Below, one piece after another: positions 23,791 through 36,869 of a stretch of DNA of 60,242 nucleotides (positions within the stretch are counted from its first letter, which is position 1; every line of letters starts with the position of its first letter). A program made the position numbers and the translations under genes. Location: the NCBI RefSeq assembly GCF_021028975.2, contig NC_059439.1, forward strand, positions 20,336,001-20,396,242, read 5' to 3'. The stretch is from Sphaerodactylus townsendi (Eukaryota). Under the pieces are notes generated by a model. It was given only the letters and a program-made list of their open reading frames with translations, was not told the origin of the DNA and did not search any database.

Positions 23791-24508
23791 AAACAAGTTC
23801 AAGATTTTGGTGTCATTACTGTAATTCCACAAGGTGGCAGCAATATACCAAACTAAGTATAGACATTTTCAGAAGGCCGGGAAAATGAGCCGTTATTGAT
23901 TTTTATGTCTAATGTTTAGAGAAGTTCAATTCAAAATTGAGTCTTTCCCACGATGCTCTCAGTTTAGGAGGCTTGAAGAAAATATCTTGCAGTGGTGGCA
24001 AGTTGGATAGCTGCAAGTAGATTTCTCCACTTTCAGAGTACTGTACAGGCTTCAGCTTAACCAACTTTATTTCAGCATGAAGTTTTTACAAATAGATTAA
24101 TTACTTTAGGAGTCTCTTGTTATAATATAGCCATCATCCACATATCTTCATTCCAATTGGTGAATACAACTGGTACGATTGGTCTGATCTTTATCTTGTC
24201 TTATTTGTTTTAAGTCAACAGTTTATAATACTTTGGTATGCTGAGAGTCTTACTTTCTTTCCTTTTCCCCTAATATTGTACAAGTCCCAAAAGAGAAAAA
24301 AATATATAGTCCTTCAGAATGTTAAAAATCTTGCTTTTCCCTCTAAAGCAAAATTAGTGGGAAAAAAAATCTTAAAAGGAGACCAAGAATAAAAAAGAAC
24401 TGACATTTAATAGAAAAAAAACATACTGGGAAAATGAACCTTCTGAAAACCAAGAGTCTAGCACACACCTACTGATCCTGGATGTATCCCGAATTAGAGG
24501 GTTTAGGG

Positions 24509-25094
24509 CAGTGGTGGGATCCAAAAAATTTAGTAACAGGTTCCCATGGTGGTGGGATTCAAACAGTGGCGTAGCACCAATGGGAATGGGTGGGGCACGA
24601 TGGGGGTGTGGCAGGGCATTCCGGGGGCGGGGCATTAATACTTTCTCTGTTACTGTAAAAAACTCTTACTGTAAAAAAAAGTTCCTAATTTCCAGCTGGT
24701 ATCTTTCTGTCCATAATTTAAACTCATTATAGCAAGTCCTATAGTCTACTGCCAACAGAAACAACTGTTACAACTAATTGACTGCCTGTCAAATACTTAA
24801 TACTTTCAAATACTTAATTTTGTTTCTAGAAATCAAAAGAAGGATACTTTCCTTAAACAAGGAACTTTACCATATTTCTAAAACAAGTTTTTAAAACAGC
24901 CCAACAGGGAGAATTATCCTGTTTTCTACCTTCGCTAACCAGCCACATAGGAAACAACAGGACTTTATGATTTTTGGACCTAATGGAATTTCTAACGGAA
25001 AAGCAGACCCAATTAGTAACCCCCTCTCGGCACACACAAATAATTAGTAACCCACTCTTGGGAACTGGTGAGAACCTGCTGGATCCCACCTCTG
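24509..25094. mobile_element. Non-autonomous hAT element
   Basis: TIR CAG(T/A)GGTGGGATCCA, TSD GTTTAGGG. Confidence 0.9.
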
Positions 25095-25284
25095 GTTTAG
25101 GGGGGAAATGGCACTACTGAAGGGAGACTCAATTTCCTTCCTACTCTGTTCCTTTGGAAATATTAAAATAAAAGAACCTCTTATGAAATATTATCACCTA
25201 CAAAATGACGAACAAATTACCTTTTATAGCAGTGTTTCAAAATATTGATTTACTGACCTTTTATTCTCTGAAAGAAGATACATA

Positions 25285-25431
25285 GGCCCCTTACGCACAT
25301 GCAGAATAATGACTTTTAATCCACTTTCAGATTGTTTGCAAGTGAATTTTGCTATTTCGCAGTTAAATCCAGCTGCAAAGTGCATTGAAACTGGATTGAA
25401 AGAGCATTATTCTGCATGTAAAGAAGGGGCC
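25285..25431. mobile_element. Harbinger-like MITE (related family)
   Basis: GGCCCCTT..GCAGAATAAT TIRs, ATA flanks. Confidence 0.7.
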
Positions 25432-25829
25432 ATAGATATGTAAAAATTGTCACAAACTCACCCTGGATCAGTGTCTTCTCGCATGAATGTTGAATGATTG
25501 CCTTCATGTAAAAAACTGTGTTTCTCTTAATGCCACCATCCCAAATTACAAAACCCAGCTTATGATGTAACCACTGTCTTGAAGGCTGCATCTTGTAAAG
25601 GCTGCATCTGGGCAAGTACAAATGGCAGAGTTTTCCAGTTACTTTAAATCTCCCTCCATGTATGCATTATCTTAGTGTTCATGAAAAGCCTAGATGTGCA
25701 AGTTGGATTTGAATCAAAGTCTGCTTTCTTAAACATGAAATAAACTTTATTGCCTCAAATTAAGCGAGAGCACATACATGGAAAATTCCTAGTGAGGACA
25801 GATCCAAGGAAGCATAACATAAAAACATG

Positions 25830-26023
25830 TGTAAATTGCAGTGAAGTCTCAGCAACAATGACTCTGTACAGTTTGCAAGGCAAGAGACTAAGAGAAATGG
25901 TTTGCCACTGTTTTCCTCTGCATAATGACCCTGGTGGTCTTCCATATAAGTATTAATCAGGAACACCCTTACATAGTTTCTGATATTTGAGATCAGGCTA
26001 CCCTGAGTCATCCAAGTCAGGGC
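25830..26023 (-). mobile_element. Degenerate 5S-derived SINE with Sauria/RTE-type tail
   Basis: Reverse strand gccctgacttggatg...cctgatctc...ggcaaacca...tctcttgcc; paralog at 30970-31712 is interrupted by CR1. Confidence 0.6.
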
Positions 26024-26622
26024 TTTAAAAACATTAGTCTAGTTGAGTTACAAGATAGTTACAAAAATACCACCTCCTCCAACTTCCCACTGCCCCTTTG
26101 CAGAGGAACATTGGTCCCAGCAGATGGTTACAACATCTAGGCAACATAACTCAGCTAAGAAAAAAAAACTCTTCCCCAAATAGACGAGAAGTCATGTACT
26201 CTGTGCTTCTTAGTACAGATCATGGGTTACCACCTTCAAGCAAGTCAGATGGCTATAACAGAACAAAAATCTATTTTCTGTTTTCTCTGACCCTCTGGCA
26301 CATTTTACTTTCTGATTCTTGTGCAAATGAAATGTTGCCACGGTCATGGGGATTTCCCCAAGCACTTGAAAACATCCTCTATCTCTGAGTTAGTGACAAT
26401 AATTATATATCACATAACATTATATAATGACAATTTTTGCATATTTTATTTCCCATTCCACTTCTTCCTTTAGAGACCTCCAACATCTGCATTATATAAA
26501 AGAAAATGTTTTATTGGGGGAACATTTTAAGTAGATAGAGTCTCCCAGTACTGGTACAATTGAAATCATGTCAGCAATACTGAAAAGTGCAGGGATTGAG
26601 CTACAACCACATAAAAACACAC

Positions 26623-27624
26623 TCATTGTAAGGGTAGTTTGAGAGCAACACTGGCAATTTTAGCAGCGGTTCTGTAAACAGCTGCCTTGACCTCTCTGTT
26701 TCTCAGACTGTATATAAGAGGGTTGAGCATCGGAGTGAAGACCGTGTAAAATAAGGAGAAGATTCTATGAAGCTCTTTCATTGTTTCAGTTTCAGGAAGC
26801 AAATAGACACAAGTCAGAGACCCATAAAAAAGAATGACTACAATAAGATGGGAGGAACAAGTGGAGAAGGCCTTCTGCCTGGAAGCCTTGGTCCTCATTT
26901 GGAGGATATTGATGATAATAATCATATATGAGATCAGAGTAAGGAGAAATGGTGGTACAATGTCTATGGAGGCAAAAATGAAATTTACAAGTTCCACTAA
27001 GTGAATGTCACTGCAGGAAAGCTTCAACATAGGGGACAGATCACAAAAGAAATGTTCAATTTCATTAGGACCACAAAATGATAGCTTGAATAAAAGGGAT
27101 GTTATTGTACTGATATTTGACAGGCTAGCTATCCAACAAATGACAAGAAGGCAAAAGCAAATCCTGCCATTCATTAGATATGTGTACCGCAGTGGTCTGC
27201 ATATGGCTAGATAGCGATCATAGGACATCACGGCCAGAAGGAAACATTCGGTACATCCTAAAGTAGCACAGAAGAAATATTGCATGATACAACCATGAAC
27301 AGAAACAGCCCTATCCCCTGTCAGAAGACTAAAGAGCAATCTGGGCACCATGGTGGATGTGTAGCAGATCTCCAAGCAGGACAGGTTCCCTAGGAAGAAA
27401 TACATGGGGGTGTGGAGGTGCAGATCTGCAACAACAAGCACTACGATGATAATATTTCCAGCCACAGTGAGCACGTAGATTGTGAGGAAAGACCAGAAGA
27501 GGAGGACTTGCAGGTTTGGGTGGTCACTGAATCCCAGGAGAATGAAATGTGTGATGATCGTACGATCTGTTCTGTTATTGATATACTGTTGGAAATAAAG
27601 AATTTTATGAAACAAGGCTTGCAT
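26623..27624 (-). CDS. Olfactory receptor OR5 (ATG at 27624 may be intronic; exon may start at 27585)
   Basis: OR motifs intact; acceptor-like tctttatttccaacAG ends at 27586. Confidence 0.9.
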   Translation of the reverse strand: MQALFHKILYFQQYINNRTDRTIITHFILLGFSDHPNLQVLLFWSFLTIYVLTVAGNIIIVVLVVADLHLHTPMYFFLGNLSCLEICYTSTMVPRLLFSLLTGDRAVSVHGCIMQYFFCATLGCTECFLLAVMSYDRYLAICRPLRYTYLMNGRICFCLLVICWIASLSNISTITSLLFKLSFCGPNEIEHFFCDLSPMLKLSCSDIHLVELVNFIFASIDIVPPFLLTLISYMIIIINILQMRTKASRQKAFSTCSSHLIVVILFYGSLTCVYLLPETETMKELHRIFSLFYTVFTPMLNPLIYSLRNREVKAAVYRTAAKIASVALKLPLQ

Positions 27625-28367
27625 TTATAAAAAAAAACATTATATAGAATGGAGTTTATGTAAACTTATCCCATGGAGACTTGATTTATTTTTGCACAAT
27701 ATTTGAAGCCTGGATTTTGGATGAAGATGGCCTAATGGGTTGTATGGTTCAAATCTCTCCTCAGCCATGATGTTGTATGAGCAATTATGCCCAGTAGCTC
27801 TCTCTTGGTCCAACTTACCTTGTAGGCTTATTGTGAGGACTACAATAAGAAATAAAAGATGAGGAAGACTGTTTAAATTGCCCTGAACTTCTTGAAGGAA
27901 GTGCAAGGGTCAAAACAAACTGGAGCCTTGGCTCACATAGATTCCTCCAGCAATATTCAGGAAGACTGGGAGTTCAGGCAGGTGGCAAGCAATTATGACC
28001 ACATTAAGAAGGAGTTTTCCATCCTGACACCAATAGTTCTTTCCACCTTGAAACAAGACTTGAGTTTTAATCAATCACACAGAAAGTCTTCACTTGGCTA
28101 GACAATGGGGATATGATACTACCTTGTCATGTAATCTATCATTTCAGTTAACATCCTTATCCACATTACCTCATTTTGGTGTAATAGACCCAGACTTTTG
28201 ATTCTTGGTGTAGAGAAACCTAGAGCCAAGAAGGGGGAAATGTGTGGACCTATCCCTGTTGGTAGTTTTTCTATAGTCCACAGACTTTCTCCAACCCAGC
28301 TACAGAGCTGAAAGTCATAGGTTTGTCACACTGGCAGAGAGTTGAATGGGTTAATTGAATTGAGAGA

Positions 28368-28635
28368 GGGCCTTTCCCCACTTACCTTAAGCCCCGCGCT
28401 ACTTGAGGAGAGTAGCGCGGGGTCCCCGGGCACTCCCCACGACAGGGGCGGTGACAGTGCAGCTGCCGCGACTCTGCCGCTGTTGCGCCCCCTCAGCATG
28501 CAGCATCCCAGGCGCACTTCTTAATGGTGCCTTTTGATGACCCCATTCTGGGAGTGCCTGGGCGTGCGCCTGGGATGCTGCGCGCTGAAAGCAGCGCGCG
28601 GTATAGGGGGGATCAGGGTGAGTGGGGAAAGGCCC
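28368..28635. mobile_element. GC-rich palindromic MITE (Harbinger-like)
   Basis: TIR GGGCCTTTCCCCACTYACC, TSD AGA, empty site at about 34015-34025. Confidence 0.85.
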
Positions 28636-29320
28636 AGAGTTGAATGGGTTAATGAGAGTCAGTGTTGGGTAGTGGTTAAGAGCGGGTCGATTCTTTCTGA
28701 AAGCTATCAATGGAGTTATAATATACATACTAAAATTTTAAAATTTTTAATTGATCCCATATTTTAGTTAATTGAGAAGCATCATTTGGATTTGTTATGC
28801 ACCATATTTTAATGCAAAACCTACCAAAGTCTGTTCATAGAGTAATGGAACAAAAACAAGGGCAATTCATCATTCTCCTAACCTTGCTAGAATCCTGCAG
28901 GAACATGGATGGTCAATATTGAAAACGAGTCAATTCAGTACTTACAACAAGATATGGATTGGTTAAACAGCTTGGTTAAAAATCTGTCACTACTTCAGCA
29001 AGTAGTAATTCCATGAACTGCAATTTAAGCTCCTCATTTTATTGTCCACTGAAATTTCCATTGGTAGAAGTTTCAACCGATTATGCATGCAGACAGTGGA
29101 AATGAGTTGTGAGGATGTTTTTTTGGGACTCTTTTGGTTTGGTCAGATCAGTTCAGTACAAATACAAATGTGTAACTCATTTATTTTGTGTGACATCTAT
29201 GTAGGCAAGCTGTTTTGCCATAAAACCTGACCCCCATGGGTGGTCAATTGTCTAGTCAATCATCTCAGCAGGTATTGGTTGTGGTATCATGCAAAAAAAA
29301 TGAAAAGAGAGATGTAGTAT

Positions 29321-29503
29321 NNNNNNNNNNNNNNNNNNNNNNNNNNNNNNNNNNNNNNNNNNNNNNNNNNNNNNNNNNNNNNNNNNNNNNNNNNNNNNNN
29401 NNNNNNNNNNNNNNNNNNNNNNNNNNNNNNNNNNNNNNNNNNNNNNNNNNNNNNNNNNNNNNNNNNNNNNNNNNNNNNNNNNNNNNNNNNNNNNNNNNNN
29501 NNN
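29321..29503. other. Assembly gap (N run)
   Basis: Run of N, adjacent to a SINE 3' tail. Confidence 0.99.
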
Positions 29504-29782
29504 CCTCTTTCTCTCCTGTAGGAGACTCAAAAGGGCTTACAATCTCCTTCCCCTTCCCTACTCACAACAAACACCCTGTGAGGTGGTGGGGCTGAGAGAG
29601 CTCCGAAAAACTGTGACCAGCCCAAAGTCACCCAGCTGGCGTGTGCACAGGCTAATCTGAATTCCCCAGATAAGCCTCCTCACCTTAAGCGGCAGAGCTG
29701 GGAATCAAACCCGGTTCCTCTTAGCCTGCTCTTAGCGACTGCTCTTAGACACCACACCACTGCTGCTTAGACACTACGCCAC
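29504..29782 (-). mobile_element. Squam3-like SINE variant, tail lost in the assembly gap
   Basis: Family signature; matches the 52862 copy. Confidence 0.8.
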
Positions 29783-29859
29783 ATATTAATTTGTTTTGAT
29801 TTCCAAAATAAGTAGGGTAACTGTTCGGTGCCAACAGAATAAAACTTGTTGTTTTATTA

Positions 29860-30480
29860 CAGCACAACTAAAAGGTACCATTCTGTCACAGATGTCCATG
29901 AGCAAACACAAGATTCTCTATGGAGTGATGGAGAAAATTGAACACATACTGAAAAAAAATAGTTTTACCTCAAAATGAATTTCATTAGGAAAAGAAATAT
30001 TAGTCATATTCAATCTGCTCCCCATTCCTGGGTATCTCAGGGCACACCCTACTTGTCTTCCTGGCTCCTTCGCCAACTGGAATTCATTTCCTAAACAGCT
30101 TCCTCATGTTGGTTCTAGGAATTATTGACTGAATATTTAAATAGTTTTGTTTCCTTTGACTCCCTATTCATTTTCTCAACTGTCATACAAAGCACTCTCA
30201 TTACCCATTTGGAGGGAGAAAGCATCGTGGTGGTTGAGTTCAATTATTGCTGGAGTCAAGCTTCTCACAGAAGTGAAGACAGAATAAACACTTGTCCTCA
30301 GAGGAGTATAGGAAACCCAGAGGACTGTTACTTCTGAGGAAAATTTTCTTCATTAAAGATGTGAGAATTTAAATGAACACTTATCTGTGTCCAAAAGTGA
30401 ATGAAATTAAAGACTAGTTCTGCCCTTTTAACATAATCTAATCCTGTGAGAAAATGTCAACTTCAGAGAATGAACTGAAG
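29860..30480 (-). promoter_or_regulatory. Conserved upstream block of OR5 (putative promoter/first exon)
   Basis: Non-repeat sequence conserved among four paralogs; donor GT at 29968-29967. Confidence 0.5.
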
Positions 30481-31088
30481 GCAATCTATATGTATTACAA
30501 AATAGTGAAGAAGAAAAATGGAAAAAAGATAAGAAAGTGCATTATTCTGCATGTAAAGAAGGGGCCATAGATACTAATAGTTGTCACAAACTCACCCTGG
30601 ATGAGTGTCTTCTCACATGAATGTTGCATGATTGCCTTCATGTAAAAAATGAATTTCTCTTAATACCACCAGCCCAAATGACAAAACACAGCTTATGATG
30701 TAACTAACCAGTATCTTGAAGACACCCTTGTAAGGCTGCATCTGAGCAAGTACAAATGGCAGAGCTTTCCAATTACTTTAACCCTCCCTCTGTGTATGTG
30801 TGTTCTTAGGGTTTATGAAAAGCCTAGATGTGCAAGTAAGATTTGAATCACAGTCTGCTTTCTTAAACAGGAAATAAACTTTATTACTGCAAATTAAGCC
30901 ACAGCACACATATGGAAAATGGCTGTCATTCCTAGTGAGACCAGATCCAAGGAAACATAATATAAAAACATGTGTAAAGTGTGGTGAAGTCTCAGCAACA
31001 ATGATTCTGTACAGTTTGCAAGGCAAGAAGAGAAATGGTTTGCCATTGCTTTCCTCTGCATAATGACCCCGGTGGTCTCCCATTTAAG

Positions 31089-31631
31089 AACATAAGAACA
31101 TAAGAACATAAGAACAAGCCAGCTGGATCAGACCAAAGTCCATCTAGTCCAGCTCTCTGCTACTCGCAGTGGCCCACCAGGTGCCTTTGGGAGCTCACAT
31201 GTAGGATGTGAACGCAATGGCCTTCTGCGGCTGTTGCTCCTGATCACCCTGGTCTGTTAAGGCATTTGCAATCGCAGATCAAAGAGGATCAAGATTGGTA
31301 GCCATAAATCGACTTCTCCTCCATAAATCTGTCCAAGCCCCTTTTAAAGCTATCCAGGTTAGTGGCCATCACCATCTCCTGTGGCAGCATATTCCAAACA
31401 CCAATCACACGTTGCGTGAAGAAGTGTTTCCTTTTATTAGTCCTAATTCTTCCCCCTAGCATTTTCAATGAATGCCCCCTGGTTCTAGTAAAAATTTCTC
31501 TCTGTCAACATTTTCTACCCCATGCATAATTTTGTAGACTTCAATCATATCCCCCCTCAGCCGCCTCCTCTCCAAACTAAAGAGTCCCAACTGCTGCAGC
31601 CTCTCCTCATAGGGAAGGTGCTCCAGTCCCT
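31089..31631 (-). mobile_element. CR1 LINE 3' fragment
   Basis: (AAGAACAT)n at the left end, TSD CATTTAAG, empty site at about 25943. Confidence 0.9.
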
Positions 31632-32288
31632 CATTTAAGTATTAATCAGGAACAACCCTACGTAGTTTCTGATATCTGAGATCAGGCTACCCTGAGTCAT
31701 CCAGGTCAGGGCTTTAAAAACATTAGACTAGTTGAGTTACAAGATAGTTGCTTTAGTGACAAAAATATCCCCTCCCTTCAACTTCCCACTGCCCCTTTGC
31801 AGAGGAACATTGGTCCCAGCAGGTGGTTACAACATCTGGGCAACATAACTCAGCTAAGAAACAAAAACTCTTCCCCAAATAGACTAGAAGTCATGTACGT
31901 TGTGCTTCTTAGTAGAGATCATGGGTTACCACCATCAAGCAAATCAGATGGCTATAGCAGAACAAAAATCTATCTTCTGTTTTGCTTTCTGATTCTTGTG
32001 CAATTAAAACGTTGCCATGGTCAAGGTGGATTTTCCCATGCAATTGAAAACATCCTCTATATCTAAATTCAGAACAAGAATTATATATCACGTAAGATTA
32101 CACAATGACAATTTGTTCATATTTTATTTCCAATTCCACTTCTTCCAACATCTGCATTATATAAAAGAAAATGTTTTAATGGGAAAACATTTTATGTAGA
32201 CTCCTCTAAGATTAGCACGATCAAAAGCATGTCAGCAATACTGAAAAGGGCAGCGATTGAGCAACAACCACATAAAACACACTCATTG

Positions 32289-33284
32289 TTAAGGTAGTTT
32301 GAGAGCAACACTGGCAATTTTAGCAGCGGTTCTGTAAACAGCTGCCTTGACCTCTCTGTTTCTCAGACTGTATATAAGAGGGTTGAGCATTGGAGTGAAG
32401 ACCGTGTAAAATAAGGAGAAGATTCTATGAAGCTCTTTCATTGTTTCAGTTTCAGGAAGCAAATAGACACAAATCAGAGACCCATAAAAAAGAATGACTA
32501 CAATAAGATGGGAGGAACAAGTGGAGAAGGCCTTCTGCCTGGAAGCCTTGGTCTTCATTTGAAGGATGTTGATGATAATAATCATATATGAGATCAGAGT
32601 AAGGAGAAATGGTGGTACAATGTCTATGGAGGCAAAAATGAAATGCACAAGTTCCACTAAGTGAATGTCACTGCAGGAAAGCTTCAACATAGGCGACAGA
32701 TCACAAAAGAAATGTTCAATTTCATTAGGACCACAAAATGTTAGCTTGAATAAAAGGGATGTTATTGTACTGACATTTGACAGGCTAGCCATCCAAGAGA
32801 TGACAAGAAGCCAGAAGCAAATCCTGCCATTCATAAGATATGTGTACCGCAGTGGTCTGCATATGGCTAGATAGCGATCATAGGACATCACAGCCAGGAG
32901 ATAACATTCAGTACATGCTAAAGAACCGCAGAAGAAATATTGCATAATACAACCATGAACAGAAATAGTTCTATCCCCTTTCAGGAGACCAAAGAGCAAT
33001 CTGGGCACCATGGTGGATGTGTAGCAGATCTCTAAGCAGGACAGGTTCCCTAGGAAGAAATACATGGGGGTGTGGAGGTGCAGATCTGCAACAACAAGCA
33101 CTACGATGATAATATTTCCAGCCACAGTGAGCACGTAGATTGTGAGGAAAGACCAGAAGAGGAGGACTTGCAGGTTTGGGTGGTCACTGAATCCCAGGAG
33201 AATGAAATGTGTGATGATCGTACGATCTGTTCTGTTATTGATTTGCTGTTGGAAATAAAGAATTTTATGAAACAAGGCTTGCAT
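32289..33284 (-). CDS. Olfactory receptor OR6, tandem paralog of OR5 (exon may start at 33245)
   Basis: OR motifs intact, highly similar to OR5; acceptor-like AG at 33247-33246. Confidence 0.9.
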   Translation of the reverse strand: MQALFHKILYFQQQINNRTDRTIITHFILLGFSDHPNLQVLLFWSFLTIYVLTVAGNIIIVVLVVADLHLHTPMYFFLGNLSCLEICYTSTMVPRLLFGLLKGDRTISVHGCIMQYFFCGSLACTECYLLAVMSYDRYLAICRPLRYTYLMNGRICFWLLVISWMASLSNVSTITSLLFKLTFCGPNEIEHFFCDLSPMLKLSCSDIHLVELVHFIFASIDIVPPFLLTLISYMIIIINILQMKTKASRQKAFSTCSSHLIVVILFYGSLICVYLLPETETMKELHRIFSLFYTVFTPMLNPLIYSLRNREVKAAVYRTAAKIASVALKLP

Positions 33285-34036
33285 TTATATAAAATATCAT
33301 ATAAAATCGAGTTTATGTGAACTTGTCCCATGGAGACTTGATGTATTCTTGCACAATATTTGAAGCCAGCATTTAGGACCAAGATGACATAATGGGTTGT
33401 ATGGTTCAAATTTCTCCTCAGTCATGAAGCTATATGCGTAATTGTGCCCCAGTAGCTCTCACTTGATCTAACTTACCTTGTAGGCTTATTGTGAGGACTA
33501 CACAAAGAAATAAAAGATGAGGTAGACTGTTTAAGTTGCCCTGACCTTCTTGAAGGAAGTGCAAGGGTCAAAACAAACTAGAGTCCTGGCTCACACAGAT
33601 TCCTCCAGCAATATTCAGGTAGACTGGGAGTTCAGGCAGGTGGCAAACAATTATGACCAGATTAAAAAGGAGTTTTCCATTCAACACCTAATACTTCTTT
33701 CCACCTTGAAACAAGACTTGAGTTTTAATCACACAGAAAGCCTTCACTTGGCTAGACAATGGGAATTTGATATTACATGGCCATGCAATCTGTCATTTCA
33801 GTCAACATCCTTATCCACATTACCTCATTTTGATGTAATCGACCCAGACTTTTGATTCTCGGTGTAGAGAAATGTACAGTTAAGAAGGGGAAAATGTGTT
33901 GACCTATCCCTGATGGTAGTTTATCTACAGTTCACAGACCGTCTCCATCCCAGCCACGGAGCTGAAAGTCATAGGTTTGTCACACTGAGAGAGAGCGGAA
34001 TGGGTTAATTGAATTGAGAGAATTGAATGGGTTAAT

Positions 34037-34340
34037 GAGAGCCAGCGTGGTGTAGTGGTTAAGAGCAGGTGAATTCTAATCTGGAGAACCAAGTTTGATT
34101 CCCACTCCTTCAACTGAGTGGCAGAGGCTTATCTGGTGAATTAGATGTGTTTTCCCACTCCTACATTCCAGCTGGGTGACCTTGTGCTAGTGACAGTTCT
34201 TCCAAACTCTCTCAGCCCCACCTACCTCACAAGGTGTCTGTTTTGGGGAGACAAAGGAAAAGGAGCTAGTAAGCCACCTTGAGTCTCTTTACAGGTGAAA
34301 AATGTGGAATATAAATCAAATCTCTTCTCCTTCTTCTTCT
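34037..34340 (+). mobile_element. Squam3-like SINE, full length with (CTT)n tail
   Basis: Head GAGAGCCAGCGTGGTGTAGTGGTTAAGAGC and tail cttctccttcttct; the paralog at 28654-28694 keeps only the head. Confidence 0.85.
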
Positions 34341-35419
34341 TAATTTCAGTAAAGAAGTTGCAATATGGAAATGGTTGCCTACTTTCCCAAAGTGTTTTTC
34401 CACTCAAAACACACATCCATACACAGGCAAAGAAACAAATAAAACTTGTTTCTGAAAGCCATCTATTGAGTTATAATATAAGCACTAGTATGCCCACAGA
34501 GACTTAAAATTTTTAAATTTCAAAATGATCTCAATTTTTTTGTTTATTGAGAATCATCATTTGGATTTATTGTGTACCACATTTTAATGCAAAACTTTCC
34601 AAAATCAGCTTATAGACGAATCGAACATAAACAGGGGCAGGTCATCACTCTCCTTACCTTTCTAGAATCCTGCAGGAACATGGATGGCCAATATTGAAAA
34701 CAAGGCAATTCAGTACTTACTACAAGATATGGATTGGTTAAACAGCTTGGTTAAAAATCTGTTGCTACTTCAGCAAATAGTAATTTCATGAACTGCAATT
34801 TAAGATCCTCATTTTATTGGCCACTGAAATTTCCAGTGGTAGACGTTTCAACGGATTATGCATGTAGGCAGTGGAAATGAGTTGTGAGGATGTTTTTTTC
34901 AATTAAAAAAATCAGTAAGATCTAGACACTACTCCTCTCCAGAAATTAAGCCTTTCATGGCATGGAGGCAGATAATATCACCTAGTAAATAACATCCTAT
35001 GAAGCTTCTGTCAAAGGGACAGATCCTGTTTCATTAAGTTAGATCGCCAGTTTCGACCCAGCCCTCTTGGTGATATGGAAATAACTGATCACTCTGGAGC
35101 TAAGCAAGACTTTTTGGGACTCTTTTGGGTAGGTCAGATCAGTTCAGTACAAATACAAAAGTGCAACTCATTTATTTTGTGTGGCATCTATGTAGGCAAG
35201 CTGTTTTGCCACAAAACCTGACCCCCGTAGGTGGTCAGGTATCTAGTCAAACATCTCAGCAGGACCATCATGTTAAAAAATAATAATGAAAAGAGAGATG
35301 TAGTGTTCAAATGTAGAATCTCTCACCTTTTCACTTTTAAAAACAAATATTAATTTGCTTTGATTTTCAAAATATGCAGGGTAACTGTTAGGTGCCAACA
35401 GAATAAAACCTGTGTTTCT

Positions 35420-35900
35420 TTATGGCACAACTAAAAGGTACCATTCTAACACACATGTCCATGGGCAGACACAAGATTCTCTACAGAGTGATGGAGAAAT
35501 TTGAGCAAGTACTGAAAAAAATCGTTTTACCTCGAAATGAATTTCATTAGGAAGAGAAATATTAGTCATATTCAATTTGCCCCCCAATTCAGGGTCCACC
35601 CTACTTGTCTTCCTGGGTCCTTCGCCAACCGGAGCTCATTTCCTAAACAGCTTCCTCATGTTGGTTCTAGGAATTATTGACTGAATATTTAAATAGTTTG
35701 ATTTCCTCTGACTCCCTATTCATTTTCTCAACTGTCATACAAAGCACTGTTATTATCCATTTGGAGGGAGAAAGCGTTGTGGTGGTTGAGTTTTCAAGGT
35801 TCTCACAGAAGTGAAGAAAGAATAAACACTTGTCCTCAGTGGAGCATAGGAAACCCAGAGGACTGTTCCATTTGGAGGCACCTTCATTAAAGAAGTGAGA
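35420..35900 (-). promoter_or_regulatory. Conserved upstream block of OR6 (putative promoter/first exon)
   Basis: Same block as above; donor GT at 35530-35529. Confidence 0.5.
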
Positions 35901-36210
35901 ACCAACACCTTGCTCCAGTCCCAAAGTGCTGCCTGACCTGGTCTGCCTCAATATGGCCCATCCCAGTGAGAAAAGCGCAACTTCCGAGAATTTCAAGGTT
36001 CCATATCCTCACTGATCTACTTCCCTTCCCCTCCTCACCACCAACAGCCCGCCCCTGTCACAAATCCTGTGCAGCCTCCCCATCCAAAGGTGGCACCCCT
36101 GAAGTTGCCAAGCCCGCATCAGACACCATTTTAGAAGAATTGAGTCCTAATAAAAAATTAGACTGCACTAAAAAATTAAGAGAGTCTGCCATAGCCCTAT
36201 TTGTAACAAG

Positions 36211-36766
36211 GGCCCTTTCTGCACGAAGTGGAAAGGGCAGATTCTGCACCTGCAGATTCTGCCACGTGGAGGGATGGGGGCCGTTTGCATGAGAGTGAGA
36301 GCCACCCCTGAATGGGAGCCCAGACGCGAGAGAAGCTGCCCCTCACATGGAGCTGTTTCTGCCCTGATTACTCTCCCAGCCGCCACGACCGCCTTCGTCA
36401 CCCTGCTGGCCTCCTAAGACCCGCCCATGCTGCCCTCCGACCTCCAGGGGTCGGAGGACAGTGGGAGAGGGTCTTAGGAGGCCAGCAGGGCAACGAAGGC
36501 GACGAGGTGAGTGGGAGAGGGACGGGGAAAACAGCGTGTTCCCGGCGGTGCCGTTCGCACAGCGCCGCCGGGAATGCGCTGTTGTGCCAAAAACCTCCCT
36601 CCAGGAGGGAGGTTTTTGGAGGCTGCCTGACGCCGCCCTGGGGGTGGAGGAGAGGAGCCAGGTCGGCGCTGTTGCATTTTGGCAGCGCCGCCTGTGCGAA
36701 CGGCTCCCTGGGGACAGCGTTTTTGCCGTCCCCAGGGTGCCGTAAATGGCCCGTGCGGAAAAGGCC
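36211..36766. mobile_element. GC-rich non-autonomous Harbinger-like transposon
   Basis: TIR GGCCYTTTCYGCACG, AAG flanks, internal hairpins. Confidence 0.75.
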
Positions 36767-36869
36767 AAGGTTTTCTCTGAAGCTTGGACGAGAAAAGCAG
36801 TTGAAACTTCCCAGCCCCACTTTTAGAAATACAAACAGCTAAAGAGAAACCATTTCCACGCCACTGGAT

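Larger units (their letters stand above)
25400..30530. repeat. Tandem segmental duplication, unit B1 (contains OR5)
   Basis: Colinear with 30535-35900. Confidence 0.85.
30535..35900. repeat. Tandem segmental duplication, unit B2 (contains OR6)
   Basis: Colinear with 25400-30530; begins inside the right end of a MITE. Confidence 0.85.

Noticed and set aside
26098-26388. Similar ORFs at 26098 and 31797 (MQRNIGPS...)
   Set aside because: Both have TTG starts, diverge by frameshift, and their similarity is explained by the recent tandem duplication.
34037-34110. tRNA-like A and B boxes
   Set aside because: This is the head of a multi-copy SINE, not a tRNA gene.
35966-36842. Cluster of medium-length ORFs
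   Set aside because: Explained by the GC-rich TIR element at 36211-36766.
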